Assembly: GCF_009914755.1 (NCBI RefSeq)
Contig: NC_060925.1
Source of the DNA: the human T2T-CHM13v2.0 reference genome, Homo sapiens
DNA length: 64,000 nt
Reading direction: 5' to 3' (one strand)
A program made the translations under genes and the position numbers. Positions 27,690-41,396 of the stretch are shown piece after piece (within the stretch, counting starts at the first letter, position 1; the number at the start of each line of letters is the position of its first letter). The notes under the pieces were generated by a model, which did no database searches, was not told where the DNA came from, and saw nothing but the letters and a program-made list of their open reading frames with translations.

Positions 27690-30600
27690 CCAAATGTTGT
27701 ATGCTTGTGGGCAATAAGAATTACAGAAATGGAAAAGATACTTTGGAAACTTCCAGAGAAGAAGGCACTTGAACTGACACAGTAAGCCCCTCCTAACACT
27801 CTGACCACACAATAGTGCTTGATAAAAACATAAAAAAAATTTTAATTATGTAACTTAGGTTCAGGAAAACTCCAGGTACAGAAACAAGAGGGAACTCCAT
27901 GCTAAGGAGGTGAGTGGGATTTGAAGTTCTGGAGACCCAAGAAGTTATCAGAACCAGAAGCAGAGCTTAGACGCCCATGTTTATATCCCTACATGAGGAT
28001 GAAGTCTAGGCTGTGCTTGTGCTTGTAGTGAAGCTGCGCAAAGCCAGATGAGGGGTTGGGGTGGATATAGGAGAACGAGTCTGTCTTCTCATTTAGGAAA
28101 CCAGGTTGGGGAATGCCACCTGTCCTGTCTTAAAGATGGAATCTGTGAGAAATTGGAATCCAATCCTGCACAGTGCATGAATGTGGACATTAATTTTCAT
28201 TTTGTGCTAGAACTTTGAGCCCAGAAACAACCTTAAAAATAGATGAAACCTATAGGACCCCAGCAGTGGAAACAATAAACCCATGAGGAGACTTCCTCAT
28301 CTCAGGGCACAGTGTGGGCTCTTGTAAAGAACAATCACTGCTGAAGATATGATAACAGTAAAAAATTACCAACATGTTAGGAAATGCACAAGCTTCTGAT
28401 AGAGAGTTAGCAAAGGCCACTAACCAGAAGTCTTAGTCTGGCAACCACAGTTAACAGAGAAATTTGCAACGGAGCTTCAGAAAACCATGCTTAAACTCTA
28501 GAAAGAGCTAAAGGGAGAAGTCAAGCCTGTAATACAAAACAAAACATTTTGAAGAAAAAACAGGCAGGAGGGAATGAGAAGGAAAAATCTTAAGCGAAGA
28601 AACAGGTAAAAGACATGGCAAATATTAAAAAGTATTGATGGTAAATATATATCTATATAGTCAGATAATATTTCAAACTTACTTACTCAATAGGGAAGTA
28701 AATCCAGGGAGTCATAACTCGGGAGCCTGTGCCTGTCAGAAGTGGACCTCTATTGACTGAGAATATCTCACTAAGGGCCACAGTGGGATCAGGTGCCTTC
28801 AGGAACCACTGGGGCAGGAGATGCTCTATCCCCAGCGATGGAAGCAGAAGGCTTGCTTAGCCCCAGACACCTTCTCTAGACATGGGCTCCTCACTTTTCC
28901 CAAGGGTCTTTAGTCATTTCTTATACACATTGTTTTCTTGGAAGCATTGATTGTATCATAAATATTATATTATTAATTTTCTGTTTTTTAAACTTATTGA
29001 TTGTTCTAACTCAGATCTTCATTTGGCACTGGTTTTGCCTATGATTGGGTCAGCTATCAACCTGAATAAATATATTATACACTATAGACAAAGATAAAAT
29101 TGTACAATAGACAGAGGTAGAAAAGATAGGTTATCTACAAAAGAATGAAAGGAAAATTACAACACAGCAGGATTATAAATGTATAATGTCATTAGACATT
29201 ATACATTCAATTCAATTAATCTTTGAATTATATATTCAATTGAACTATTACTCAACAAGGATAAAATAAAAAGATTTCCAGGCAAATTAAAACTGAGAAT
29301 GCACACTACCGTTAGATAAGCACTAAAGAACTTCTTCATGACAAAGAAAAATGGTCCTAGAAGGAAAGTTTGAAAAGGGATAAGAAATAGTGAGCAGAGA
29401 AATTGGCAAACAAGGAATAAGTCTGAACACTGATTTCATAAAAAAAAAAAATTTATAACTGTGGTAGTGGAAATACAGAAAAATAATATTGGATAAGACA
29501 AGAGGAAGATGAAAAGTTTGAAAGTGCTCCAAAGTCCTTTAATTTCTAGGAAGCGGATATAAAGAGATATTTATATAGGCTTTGTGTTAGAGATACATAT
29601 AAAAATTTCAGGTCAAATCTCTACATGAATAGAAATACAGTGTATAAATTCCAAAAAAAGTAGAGAAAAAAATAGAATAAAGGTTTAAATTTAATGAAGT
29701 TAGAAAAGAAAAATAGGTAAAACGTGACAAATAGAAGGAAATAATAAGGTGATAGAAATAATTCCATACACATCAGCAGTCACAATACCTTAAATGGGAA
29801 AAAGCTCACCAATTAGACACCAGAAATGAAGAGATTTGAGAGAAAGCTTTTATAAGAGACATGACAGAGTGAAAGGAGATTGTCTGAGTTCATTTGGGCT
29901 GCAGTAATAAAATACCGCAGACTGGGTAACTTATAAACAACAGAAATTTATTTTTCACAGTTGGAGGCTGGAAAGTCTAAGATCAAAGCACCCACAGATT
30001 CAGTGTCTGGTGAGAACTTGCTTTCTGTTTCAGAGATGGTACCTTCTCACTATGTCCTTACATGGTGAAGGGGGTAACTAGCTCTTTAGTGTCTCTTTTA
30101 TGAGGGCACTAACCCCATTCATGAGATCTCTGCATGACCTAATCACCTCCCAAAGACCCTACCACCTATTACCATCATCTTAGGGGTTAAGTTTCAATGT
30201 ATGAATTTGGAGAGGACACATATATTTAGACCACAGCATGGATCATATAATAATTCTTCATCTACTAGCAATGCGTAACAACAGTTGCAATAATATAGCC
30301 TTACAATATATAACACAAAATTGACAGAATTGCAAGAACTGAAAAACAAATCTATTTTCACAGTAGGGGATCTTAACAGGAATCTCAGTAATTGAAAAAT
30401 ACACATAAAAATATATAAGGAGAAAAATTCTAATTTGATTTAATAGGTAAATACCAAAACTAACACTCAATAACTAAAGGAAGGATTTTATTTTCAGGTA
30501 CAAATGGAACATTTATAAACATTGACTATCACTACTAGTAGTCCACAAAGCAAATTTCAATGAATATTAAATAGTACTCTCTTTCTTTTCCAACTATAAT
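27690..30600 (+). mobile_element. Highly degraded L1M fragments (5'UTR/ORF1/ORF2)
   Basis: A-rich L1-like remnants ('acacaaaattgacagaattgcaag', 'atggaacatttataaacattgac'). Confidence 0.5.
29881..30238 (-). mobile_element. MLT1A-type solo LTR
   Basis: 'tgtctgagttcatttgggctgcagtaataaaataccgcagactgggtaacttataaacaacagaaatttatt...agaccacagca'. Confidence 0.85.
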
Positions 30601-30951
30601 GTCAGTTGTTTCCTGTCTGTAGGGATAATGCTTCATATATCATCTGTGTCCTCCACAGCCTCTATAGCACAATTATGGACACTCAATAAATATCTGATTA
30701 CTTTGCAATATGAAAGGGCAAATTTAGAGAGATTTAGCAAAGATCCAGAAGTCTTGAGATTTCTTGGAGTCTGTTGATAATCATTCCACTCCTAATGCAC
30801 TAGCAGGAAGAAGAGCTCAAGATAGCACCAGAATCTGTCTAGAATAGACCCCTGCTCCCCACTTAAAGGAAAAAAGGAACTAAGGTGTAAGCAATGTCCC
30901 TACTCTACCCTCCTCTTTCTGTCTCCAATATCCCCTTTTACAAAAATTTAC

Positions 30952-31236
30952 TCTGCACACAAATTTGGGATCTCAGGCTCCGTTTTCTGACCGTGTGAGC
31001 CACAGTATCTATCTCACACCAGAAGGACCATGAATCTTCACTCCGCATGGCACTGATCTGGAACTTCGGGGAGCTGCTCCAGCCTGATCCCAGGGTCTGG
31101 CCATCTCCGAAGAAGCAGAACTGGAGCTGGACTTCTGATCTCTCTAGAGAGAGCCGGGTCTCACAGATCAGGGTCACTGGGCTCCCTTTGGTGGGCTGGG
31201 AGGAGCTGGCTCTCAGCACTGGACGTGAAAACAGCT
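30952..31236 (-). pseudogene. FCRL D3-type Ig exon (285 nt, open)
   Basis: ttctctctag|AG...CAGA|gtaaat; (E)LFSRPVLRASSSQPTKGSPVTLICETRLS...FWCEIDTVAHTVRKRSLRSQICVQ; both Ig cysteines present. Confidence 0.9.
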
Positions 31237-31521
31237 CTAGAGAGAAGAATCACAACAGGCCCAGAGCAATGAGGCTGAGATGTGCTCTGGAGAAAAACAC
31301 ACTTCAAGCAGCAGCACATCCAAAAGCAGGCAAAGAAACGGATGCCATCGATCCCTGACTTCCTTCAGCCCAAAGCAATACTGTACTTCTTTTGGTCCTT
31401 GTAGGAGTATACCCTGAGGTTTAATGGTATTCCAGCCCACCCTGTTCCTCCTGTTCTACCTCTGTGTCCCCAGGGAGTCTCCTTTTGACCAACTCACTTC
31501 ACAAAATAATGAAGGCTTTAC

Positions 31522-31770
31522 CTTGGACTTGGATTTTGACTATGTTGGAAGAAACAGAGAAATTACTTCCGTTAAATCCAGTAAAGTGATATGCACCATT
31601 GTCTTTGAGACTTGCGTGATGAATATGGAAGTCAGAGCTTTTATTAAGGAATGTCAGGACGTTACCATTCTTGTACATAGTATTCAGTGTTACTTCCGCC
31701 TTTGCCCGGCACCTCAGAACCACGAAGTCTCCTTCAAACACAGAAAGTGGAGCTTGCAGGATCAGTGAAG
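31522..31770 (-). pseudogene. FCRL5 D2-type Ig exon (249 nt, open; second Cys replaced by Phe)
   Basis: tttctcatag|CT...CAAG|gtaaag; (A)SLILQAPLSVFEGDFVVLRCRAKAEVTL...DNGAYHFTG...VKIQVQ. Confidence 0.9.
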
Positions 31771-32619
31771 CTATGAGAAACACAACAGCAGTTATTTGGT
31801 TCATCTCATCGTTTCCCTTTTCCTCTCATTGTTTTTCAAAATAGACTGTATTTCAAAAAATGGGTTGGGAAAAAGGATTGTTACAATAATTATAATTTAT
31901 TTTTTTCTGTTTAAACACTTGAGCTTTGAGAAAAGTTCAAAAGCAAAAAGTTGAAAGGTAAAAATCATCTAATGTCTCACCAGCCACATTTTGGCATATG
32001 TTTTTCCAGTTTTCTCTTCCATCTTCATATACTTGACAGTCTATGTGTATTTTTTATGGAATGGGAATTATAATTATAGATTTGATAACTTGTTTTTCAA
32101 TTAGTATATTATGAAAATTTTTCTGTGCTATTAATATCATTCCTGAATCTGACTTTCAGTGGCCACAAAATGTTCCCTAAATGGCCGTAACGTAATTTAT
32201 TGAATGAGTCTTATTCTTGACCATTTACAGTCTGCAGTTTTCAGGGATGGACATCTATGATTGTTTCAGAAGGCAAATTCTTAAGAGAGAGATTGTTAAG
32301 TCAAAGAGCATAAGCATTTTATTTGTTCCTTGCTACCACACTGCTTCTTTTCTCACTAAATTAAAGGACTTTAGGATGACATGGTTTCAATTTCAAAACA
32401 GGTGGTTTTAGGGCAAAAAAAGGAAATGTCTCTTCCTTTATCTCTCATTCTCTCTCTACTTCTCCATCATCTATCTCTCTCTCTCACTTTTTCTTTCTCT
32501 AAATAGAAAATAATACTCCTGCTACTTATTATTGCAAACAAATAATATAGCTTAAAACTATACATAGATTCAGGAACCCTTCAAATAAATTACTCCTCAA
32601 ATATTCTTTTACTAAAGCA

Positions 32620-32760
32620 GCTTGCAAAAATACAAATTCCTGGGCCCTACTCTCATAGCATTTTACTCAGTAAATATAGGGTAGGTCCTCAGTATCTGCG
32701 TGATTAATAAGCTGCACAGGATATGTGACACAAATTGATCTTTAAGAACCACGAGTTTAG
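32620..32760 (+). mobile_element. MER5A-like DNA transposon fragment
   Basis: 'aaaaatacaaattcctgggccctactc...tttaagaaccac'. Confidence 0.55.
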
Positions 32761-33041
32761 AGACATTAATGCACTCAGTAGAAATTGCAGTGTTTGCATG
32801 GTTCATCCATGTAAACTTTAGTTGATATTTATGAGAATTATATCCGTCTAGATACACTACTTGAAGTCAGTGTCCCATGGGCTGAATGAGTTTTATACAG
32901 ATAATTTAAATTTTCATCATTTTAATATTTAAACTTAAGCAGCTAATCTCATTCCCTGTCTGGTTGTATTCTGAGGTTTGTACTCTCTCCCTGTCTTACT
33001 ACAGTGTGAAATAAAATTGTCCACTCACAAAAGGTCTGAAG

Positions 33042-33109
33042 CAAACTTACTCATGTAACCAAACAGCACTTGTTCCCCAAAACTATTGAAATTAAAAAAA
33101 AAAGAAAAA
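33042..33109 (+). mobile_element. Short 5'-truncated L1PB 3' end with polyA
   Basis: 'acttactcatgtaaccaaacagcacttgttccccaaaactattgaaattaaaaaaa'. Confidence 0.75.
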
Positions 33110-33759
33110 CCCAGCTCTTCATTTAATAAAGTCAAACTTTGCAGAATTACCTAAGTAAAAATAAAAAGTTTTACCATTTTCTTTATTTTTCAGAAATTAT
33201 CTTTGTTGAGTATTTGGTGATACTTTCTTGATCTTTTCTATGTGTAAGTACACTTATATAGACACACAAATAAATACATTAAAAGCACACATGTGCATGG
33301 GATCACAATAACATAGTGGTCTACAACCTGCTTTTTCCCCTTGGCAATATATTATGGGCATCTTTCTGTGGTATTACTTAAAGATCTAAATCACTAATTT
33401 TTAAAATTCATCTGTATTAAGGCATAATTTACACACAATAAAGTACAACTCTTAAATTTGCAACTTGATAATTTTGGATAAGTATTACCTGATTATTCTT
33501 AGCAATGACAAAGTATTCCATTGTATAGGTATGCTATAATACATTTAAGCATTTTTCCATTAATGGATATTTGGGATGTTGCTGCTTCTTAAATGTCAAG
33601 TAATGTTGTTTTAAGTAATTCTGTAGATATATTATTGTATATTTACACATGCATTTCTTAGGATAAATTCTTAAACATGGAATTTCTGGGATGAAGTATA
33701 CAAACATTTTAAGTAATATCATATATTGTCAAATTGTTCTTCTAAAAGACTGGACCTTT

Positions 33760-34962
33760 TAAAATACAAAAGTACAGGCAACAAAAGCAAACATTGGACA
33801 AGTGGGATTACATCAAGCTGAAAAGAATTTGCACAGCAAAGGAAACAATTAACAGAGTAAAGAGACAACTTATAGAATGGGAGAAAATATTTGCAAAGTA
33901 TATGCCTGACAAGGTGTTAATATCCAGAATATATAAAGAACTTAAGGAACTCAACAGCAAAAAAAAGAAAAAAAAAGAAACGGATTTAAAAACGGGAAAA
34001 ATACTTTAACAGACATTTCTCTAAAGAAGACATAAAAATAAACAACAGGTGCATGAGAAAACATGCTCAATATCACTAATTATTGGAGAAACACAAATCA
34101 AAACTCCAATGAGGTACCACCTCATTCCAGTTAGAATGACTGTTATCAAAATGTCAAAAGAAAACAAGTGTTGGTTAGGTTGTGGAGAGGAAGGAACCCT
34201 TACATTGCTGGTGGCATTGTAAATTAGTACAGCCACTAAAAGAAACAGCATGGAAGTTTCTCAATAAAATAAAAATAGAGCTATCATATTATCCAGCAAT
34301 TTCACTGCTGGGTTGATATTCAGAGGAAATAAAGTTGCTATGTTAAAGAGATATCTGCACTCTGAAGTTTATTGCAGCACTATTCACAATAGCCAAGATG
34401 TAGAAACAATCTAAGTGTCCACCAACAGATGAATAGATAAATAAAATGTGGTATATATACACAATGGAATAGTATTCAGCCATAAAAAATAATGAAATCC
34501 TGTGATTTGTAGCAATATGAAAAGACCTGGAGGATGTCATATTTAATGAAATTAGCTAGGCACAGAAAGACTGATACTGCATAATTTCACTCATATTTTG
34601 AATCTAAAAAAACCAAAGTTGATATTATAGAAGCAGAGAGTAGAACAGTGGTTATCAAAGATTGGGGAGGGGAGAGGGAAGAGGAGGATAGGGAGAAGTT
34701 GGTCAATGTGTACAAAGTTATAATTAGGAGGAATAAATTCTGTTCTATTGGACAGGAGGGTGATGATGGTTAACAGTCAGGTACAGTATATTACAAAAGA
34801 GCTAGAAAAGAGGCTTTTGAATGTTTTTATCCCAAAGAAATGATAAATGCATGAGATGATGGGTAGAGTAAATCTCCTAATTTGATCATTATACACCATG
34901 TATATGTATCAAAACATCACTTCTATAAATATATACAATTACAATGTGTCAATTAAGAAGAA
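33760..34962 (+). mobile_element. L1MA 3' portion inserted in an antisense L1ME
   Basis: ORF 33794-34009 [24 protein letters not shown]; L1MA 3'UTR. Confidence 0.85.
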
Positions 34963-35482
34963 AATGTTGAACCAATTTACACTTGTAATAATGGTGTACA
35001 AGAGTTTCTGTTTCTTCTTTCCCTGATCATTTATGGCCATATCAATGCACAGGTTTATTTTTATTATTTATTTTTTGTCAGTCCTAATATCTATGGTTGC
35101 TCGACCCGAAGAATTCACTTGTTCTATCCTATGTGACATTACAGGCTGCTAGTTGGTTTTCCATGGAATTTTAGTGAAGTATAAACCATTAATGATGAGT
35201 TACTGTTGCCAAAGTATTCAGAAATGATTTACAAAATGGAGATTTTGAAATCTGTCATTAATTTTTAAAAACTGTCCATTCTTTTTCAATTGTGAAATAA
35301 TTCACAATTTACTCTGAAATAATAATAATCATGAGAAAATGATTGTTCCTTTGCTTCCTCTCCTTCCTCTGAACAAGTGATTATTCTTTGTTACATTTTT
35401 TTTTATATTTTCAGTGTTTATAATAGTTACTTTCTATTCTGTGACCATAATTCGCACAGTTGATTAGCCTTTGTTTCTGTAT

Positions 35483-35665
35483 CTAAATCAGTGGTTTCCA
35501 GTCTTGTTCACAGAATATTCTCACCTGAGGATATGTCAAAAAATATTGATTCTGTGGCCCCATCTGTGAGATTCTGAATTGAATTAGTCTGGAGAGGGGC
35601 TTAGTAATGTGTCTTTTGCAAAGTTCTTTGATGGTTCTAATGTGCAGCCAGGGTTGAGAGCCAGT
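35483..35665. mobile_element. MER5A DNA transposon
   Basis: 'cagtggtttcca...gatggttctaatgtgcagccagggttgagagcca'. Confidence 0.75.
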
Positions 35666-37334
35666 CATAATGCGGTTTCCTCATTATGAGTCCTTTATAT
35701 TCATTTACATCTTGTTGGACTAGATTTTGTCATTAGGTGATTTTTCAAGAAGGGTTAGTGCATTCTCATTTTCCTGAATCCCTGTATTTTTGACAACGCC
35801 TTTTTGATTTCATATAAAATTCTCAGTGGTTATTCCTCCCTTGGAGGTCCAAGTCTGGACATCATTCCTCTCTTTTTGGCACTGAGTGCTCTGCAAAGTC
35901 TAAGACTAACTTGATATTTTTCTTTCTGAGATGACTGTTTTTTCCCCATGATCATAAACACATACGTATATTTTTAACCTCAAAGTTCAATAACCTCATC
36001 AACACATATGTTCTGATCTACCTATTCAAGTTTTCTTTACTTCCCAACAATTTCTACTACATCTTTGAGTTTAATTTTACTCTTTGGTTCAATTTTCTGA
36101 GGGTCTCCATTTTAATTATCCACATAACTGGATAATTGGGGGGGGCTCCATTGTCTGATTTCCATATTATAATTTTTCCTTTATTTCTGTATCTTTCTAC
36201 TTTGCATTCTGTATTGTTTTCTCAGATTGGTTCTTCATTCAATTAACAGTTTTCAAAGGTATCCATAAATCACAAATATTGACTGAGGACCTACTGTGTG
36301 CCAAACACTAAGTAGGCACAAGGATGTTGTGGAGACCAAGATGGATGCAGTTCTGTTCTCATGAATCTTACATTCCATTGGCATTAAGGGTAACAGTCAA
36401 GAAACAGAAAATAAAGAGGCTTAAGATGCTGCTAAACATGAGAAGAAAGTAAAACATGGACAAAAACATGGTAATGGGATACAGAATGCATGAAGTGTAG
36501 AAGCTTCCTAGATAGATTTGGCTCTGACTTTGGAGTAGTCTCAGAACATTTAAACTTTAAAAATAACCTCTTTACTCAACAAGTTATACCACGAGCATGT
36601 CTGACACATCAGGCTCAAGATTTTTCTATCATACTATTTTGCTTCTCTGAAAAGAAAATAAACTTTCCCCCAGTTTCTACTAAACAAAGATTCAAGTAAA
36701 AAAAGAAGCAACTTAGCTCCCAAGAAGACACCAAATCATACAATTTGCATACGTTTCTTGAATGTATGTCACACTTCAATAAAAGTTTTTTTAATAATGC
36801 AATAAAATGATACTGATTTTAGTGGATTAGAAAACAAGGGATCATAAAAACTCTGGAAGTCTGAGGAGCTGGTTCCTAGGGAGCCATTTCCCCCTTTGTT
36901 CAAAAGCAGCCTTCTCCAAATCTACCATAGGAGTTCTAACTGCTTGGAAATCCTTTGGAGAATTTAAGGTCTTGACCAATATTTATCTATAAGACTGTTC
37001 TTGTAGCTAAGTTAATATGTAAATGTCAGTAGAGAAATAGGACATGCTCTGTGCATCAAGAAAAATTGGAGTACTGATATAACATGCAATAAATGAGAAG
37101 AAAATACAGTAAAGAAATTCATTTGCTAAAAGCTAGGGAAGCTACTGAGCTACTTTAGGGGTCTGGCTGAGCCAGGACTTATAAGTACTGAGAACCCCAG
37201 CTAGTTAGTTGAAGAGGAAGCCAAGAAGGGGATTAAGTTGATTAGGGGAGGAAACTGGACAGACAGATTTTTAAAGGAATGGGTGAGAGAGAACTGGGCC
37301 AGGGGTGGGTGATTGGCAGGAACCCAGCACTTAC

Positions 37335-37613
37335 CAGTGACAAAGAGGCTCACCACCTCACTGCGCTGGGGACCAAAGCCATTGTCAGCTGTGCAGTAGT
37401 AATTCTCTGAATGTCCTTCAGTCAGAGAGAAGCTGAAGGACACTCTTCCCACAGAGGGTGTTGAGCTGCTCCCCAGGGGCACATCCTCATGATAAAACTG
37501 ATATGGGATTCATGGAGAACCTCTCTGGACCTTACAGTGAAGAGTCACAGTGGCTCCTTCAAAAGTCAGGGCCTCAGCAGAGCTGAGGGTGAGGACAGGA
37601 TGAGACACAGGGA
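37335..37613 (-). pseudogene. FCRL5 D6-type Ig exon (279 nt) with premature TGA at 37510-37512
   Basis: cctcag|TC...ACTG|gtaagt; VPVSHPVLTLSSAEALTFEGATVTLHCKVQRGSP*IPYQFYHED...YYCTADNGFGPQRSEVVSLFVT. Confidence 0.93.
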
Positions 37614-38692
37614 CTGAGGAAGAGAAAAAATGAGTCAAGAGTTGCTTTTGCCTCTTATTGTAGATTTTGCCTCTTATTATAGATTTCAATGCTTGGCCAG
37701 TGCCCAGATGCCCAGTCTCCAGTCCAGGATCTCCAGGCTTCACCTATCTGGAGGGCAGCCAAGCAACTTCTCAGGTTTCTTTGACCAGCTCCCCTATCCT
37801 CCATGCCTGTCTTTCCCTATCTGTTCATTTTTCCAGCAGACCAATAGTCTCTTCTTCTCTCATGGCTCCCTTTATACTGTGGTCTGCCTTCCTTTTGCAG
37901 AGGAGAGGATGCTTTCAAGGAAGAAATTCCTTGTCTTACCACCACCAGACTCACTTGCACCAGCTCTTCACTCCTTCCTGCAACCATGCAGGCTTCCCTG
38001 CAACCATGGAAGACCCATGCCTGGCCTGCCCAAGGGGGATTTTCCTATGTCTCTTGACCTACACACACCTGCCTCTGTCCCAGACATGAAGTTCTTACCT
38101 CTACTGGCTTCTTCCAAACACCATTTTGATGTGTTTAACCATCTCCATATAAGAAAAACTATCGGACAATATAAAAACAACCTTATTTGTATTTGAAGTT
38201 CCTCACAATCTGTTTCTCCACTTTTCTGTGGACAAACTTCTGGAAGAAGTGACCTACATTTATCATCTCTACTTCATTATCTTATATCTCGTATGCACAT
38301 TTTGTCCATTACAACTTGGATTTTACCCCCAATAATCTACTAAAGCTGATTTTTCATGTTTATTAATGTAGTAATGACGATAATGATAAAAATAAAAAAG
38401 ATATTTGTTATAAGACACTATAGTACCTTTAAGTTCTGGTGTATGTATATTTGTTGGATGTAATTTATAAATATTGATATGTATACAGACATTAATTTAT
38501 TCATGAAAACAATTCAATGAGGTGAGTACTATTGTTGTCCCTACTTCACAGATGAAGATGCTGAGGCCCCGAATGGTTGAGTCGCACAGCTAGTAAGTGA
38601 AGAGGCAGCAGTCAAACCCAGGTATTGTGGTTCTAGTCTGTGTTCTTCTGCCAAAGAGTACTTTGTGGCTAAATTCACTGGATGTGACTCAG

Positions 38693-38988
38693 TTTTGTTT
38701 TTGTTTTTGAGACAGAGTCTCACTCTGTCGCCCAGGCTGGAGTGCAGTGGCAATCTCAACTCACTGCAACATTCGCCTCCTGAATTCAAGCGATTCTCCT
38801 GCCTCAGCCTCTCGAGTAGCTGGGATTACAGGTGCCTGCCATCATGCCCAGCTAATTTTTGTATTTTTAGTAGAGACGGGGTTTCACTATGTTGGCCAGG
38901 CTGGTCTCGAACTCCTGACCTCAGGTGATCCACCTACCTCGACCTCCCAAAGTGCTGAGATTACAGAAGCGAGCCACTGCGCCTGGCT
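38693..38988 (-). mobile_element. AluSx-type element
   Basis: Full Alu; TSD 'tga(c/t)tcagtttt'; absent from the paralogous intron copy near 43060. Confidence 0.9.
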
Positions 38989-40074
38989 CTGATTCAGTTT
39001 TTATCATTCATCATCTCTTGGCTTTGCCTTATCCAATCTGGCTCACTATCTTCTGCTTAGAACACGTTCTGCCCTTGGTGACAGTGGTACCCACTCTCAT
39101 AGCGCCTCTTCCCTCAGCCAGAGTCCTTCCTTCTCATGTCTCATCTCCCATACTGGGACTGGCCTGGGGTTTCTGTCCCACTGGACACTCTCTTGTTGGG
39201 CCCCCTCCTTCACTCCTGGCTGCTCCCCAAACTGTCTACTCTATGACCTGATCCTCACTGTGCTGCTGGAGTGGTTTTCCCCAACATTTAAAACCTTCAT
39301 GGAGCCCAAATTCCCCTGTAGAATATGGCCCAAACCCTTACTCTGCTTCTAAGTAGGTTCTAACGATGTCATCTTCCCCAACCTTATCCTGCATTTCTCC
39401 ACTGTTCCGTCTATGCTTCAGTCATCAAGAACTGACCACTCTCCAGTTCCTGGAAAGTGTCCTCCCTCCCTCACCACAATCCTCTTCTCCTGCAGGTCTC
39501 AACTCACCCATGAGCTCTTCTAAGAAATTTTTTCTCACTTCCCAACTCAGATTGGCCTGCCTTTCTATCTGCTCCTGCAGCCACCAGGTACTTCTATCCT
39601 CAGATTGATGTTTTCTCTATTACTTGTCTGCATTTGCTATTAGCCCCTATGAACCATGTGGGCAGGGCCAGTTTAGTCTAGTCTTAGATGCATCCTTAGA
39701 TGTCAGTACAGTCTGGTCCATGAAATATATGCAATCAGTATTAGGTGAAGAAATGAGTCATTGAATAGGACTTTAAACATCTCTGACTGAGTTTGATCAC
39801 GATGTCACTGTCTCCACTTTCCTTAGGCCTTTGGATGTCAGGGGCACAGTTCTCTTTCTAAGTCATGTGATATCTTCCCCCAGGTTCCCTGGTCCTCTCC
39901 TCCACAATCTCACACATCCATGTGGGAGGGACTGGACTCTCCCTCGTCTTCCAAGCTGGTATTATTGTTTCACAGGAGAGGAAACTGAGACTGCTTCCAG
40001 GCCCAGCGAAGACTGGACACTCTGTCAAAAGTATAGGCCCAAATCACACTGTCTCCTTAAAAATTGAACCTACC

Positions 40075-40365
40075 GGCCAGGCGCGGTGGCTCACACTTGT
40101 AATTCCAGCACTTTGGGAGGCTGAGGCAGTTGGAAAACAAGGTCAGGAGTTCAAGACCAGCCTGACCAACATGGTGAAACCCCGTCTCTACTAAAAACAC
40201 AAAAATTAGCCAGGTGTGGTGGCAGGTGCCTATAATCCCAGCTACTCGGGAGGCTGAGGTAGAGAACTGCTTGAACCCAGGAGAGAGAGGTTGCAGTGAG
40301 CCGAGATCATGCCACTGCACTCCAGCCTAGGTGACAGAGTAAGACTCCGTCTTAAAAAAAAAAAA
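40075..40365 (+). mobile_element. AluS (Sg-like) element
   Basis: Full Alu with polyA; TSD 'aaaaattgaacct'. Confidence 0.9.
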
Positions 40366-41063
40366 TTGAACCTGGCATTTAGCCACACACGGATAGTTCA
40401 AAACTGAGACCCAAAGCACCACATAAACTTTTTTGATGTCATAAGTATTTGACAGCTACTTGAATAGCTGTGAGGGCACTAAGCCAAGCAAGCAGAGGTG
40501 AAGCTGTCTTCTGGCCTGCCCCCAGCCCACCCCTGCCTGTGCCTTTCTTACCTAGTGCCCAATCAACTCTAAAAAAGGCTTAAGCAAGAGGCACATGCTG
40601 AGGTAACTGATCCAGCTATTTGTCTTTGTATCTTACATGACTTTGCATCTGGTTATTCATTGATGTCTGAAATTAACTGGACAGAGGACATTTCTGTGCT
40701 CCTGGGAACTGAGTCTGAGTCTATATCTACTAAGAACAATTTAGTGAATGAAAATCAGGCATCAGTGGGATCTACAGGACAAGTGGAGAGCACAAGAAAA
40801 GCACTTGCCTGCTCAGAATTTGAGGAGCAGGGAAGAGAAAGCTGCTGTATCATTAGGCAGGGGTGGGAAGGCACCAAGACTGCAATGAGACGAGGCTGAA
40901 GGTGGCGGACAGCAGGTTCAGTGAGCCAGAGAGTGGAGGAGGACATTAGGTTGTCCCAAAGAGGAAGCAGAGGAAACCGGAAGGTACATGCTGACTTCTG
41001 AAGGACTGGGTTAGAGAGGACTCTTGGCCAGGAGTGGGTGATTGGCAGGAACCCAGGGCTTAC

Positions 41064-41342
41064 CAGTGACAGAGAGACTCACCACCTCACTGTGCTGGGG
41101 GCCAAAGCCATTGTCAGCTGTGCAGTAGTAGTTCCCTGAATGCTCTGCAGTCAGAGGGAAGCTGATGGCCACTCCTCCTGCAGAGTGGGCTCACCTACTC
41201 CCCAGGGTGACATCCTCATGTTGAAACTGGTACACGATGGGGAGTGAACCTCTCTGGGCTTCACAGTGAAGTGTCACCTTGGCTCCCTCAAAATTCAAGT
41301 CCTTAGCAGAGCTGAGGGTGAGGACAGGATGAGACACGGGGA
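41064..41342 (-). pseudogene. FCRL5 D5-type Ig exon (279 nt) with premature TGA at 41191-41193
   Basis: ctctcag|TC...ACTG|gtaagc; VPVSHPVLTLSSAKDLNFEGAKVTLHCEAQRGSLPIVYQFQHEDVTLGSR*AHSAGGVAISFPLTAEHSGNYYCTADNGFGPQHSEVVSLSVT. Confidence 0.93.
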
Positions 41343-41396
41343 CTGAGAGAGAGAAAAAATTAGTCAAGATTTGTTTCTGCCTCTTACTGTAGATTT

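Noticed and set aside
16300-30900. FCRL D4, transmembrane or ITIM exons downstream of D3
   Set aside because: No supporting translation with splice sites could be found
31800-37200. Missing 3' half of FCRL D1, expected here if D5-D6 were a clean insertion
   Set aside because: No SGEYRC-type motif found by eye; the region is mostly L1, MER5 and L2
37630-38196. 188-aa + strand ORF
   Set aside because: Lies in duplicated FCRL intron; the paralogous copy (41.4-42.5 kb) is broken by an LTR and stops; no recognisable domain
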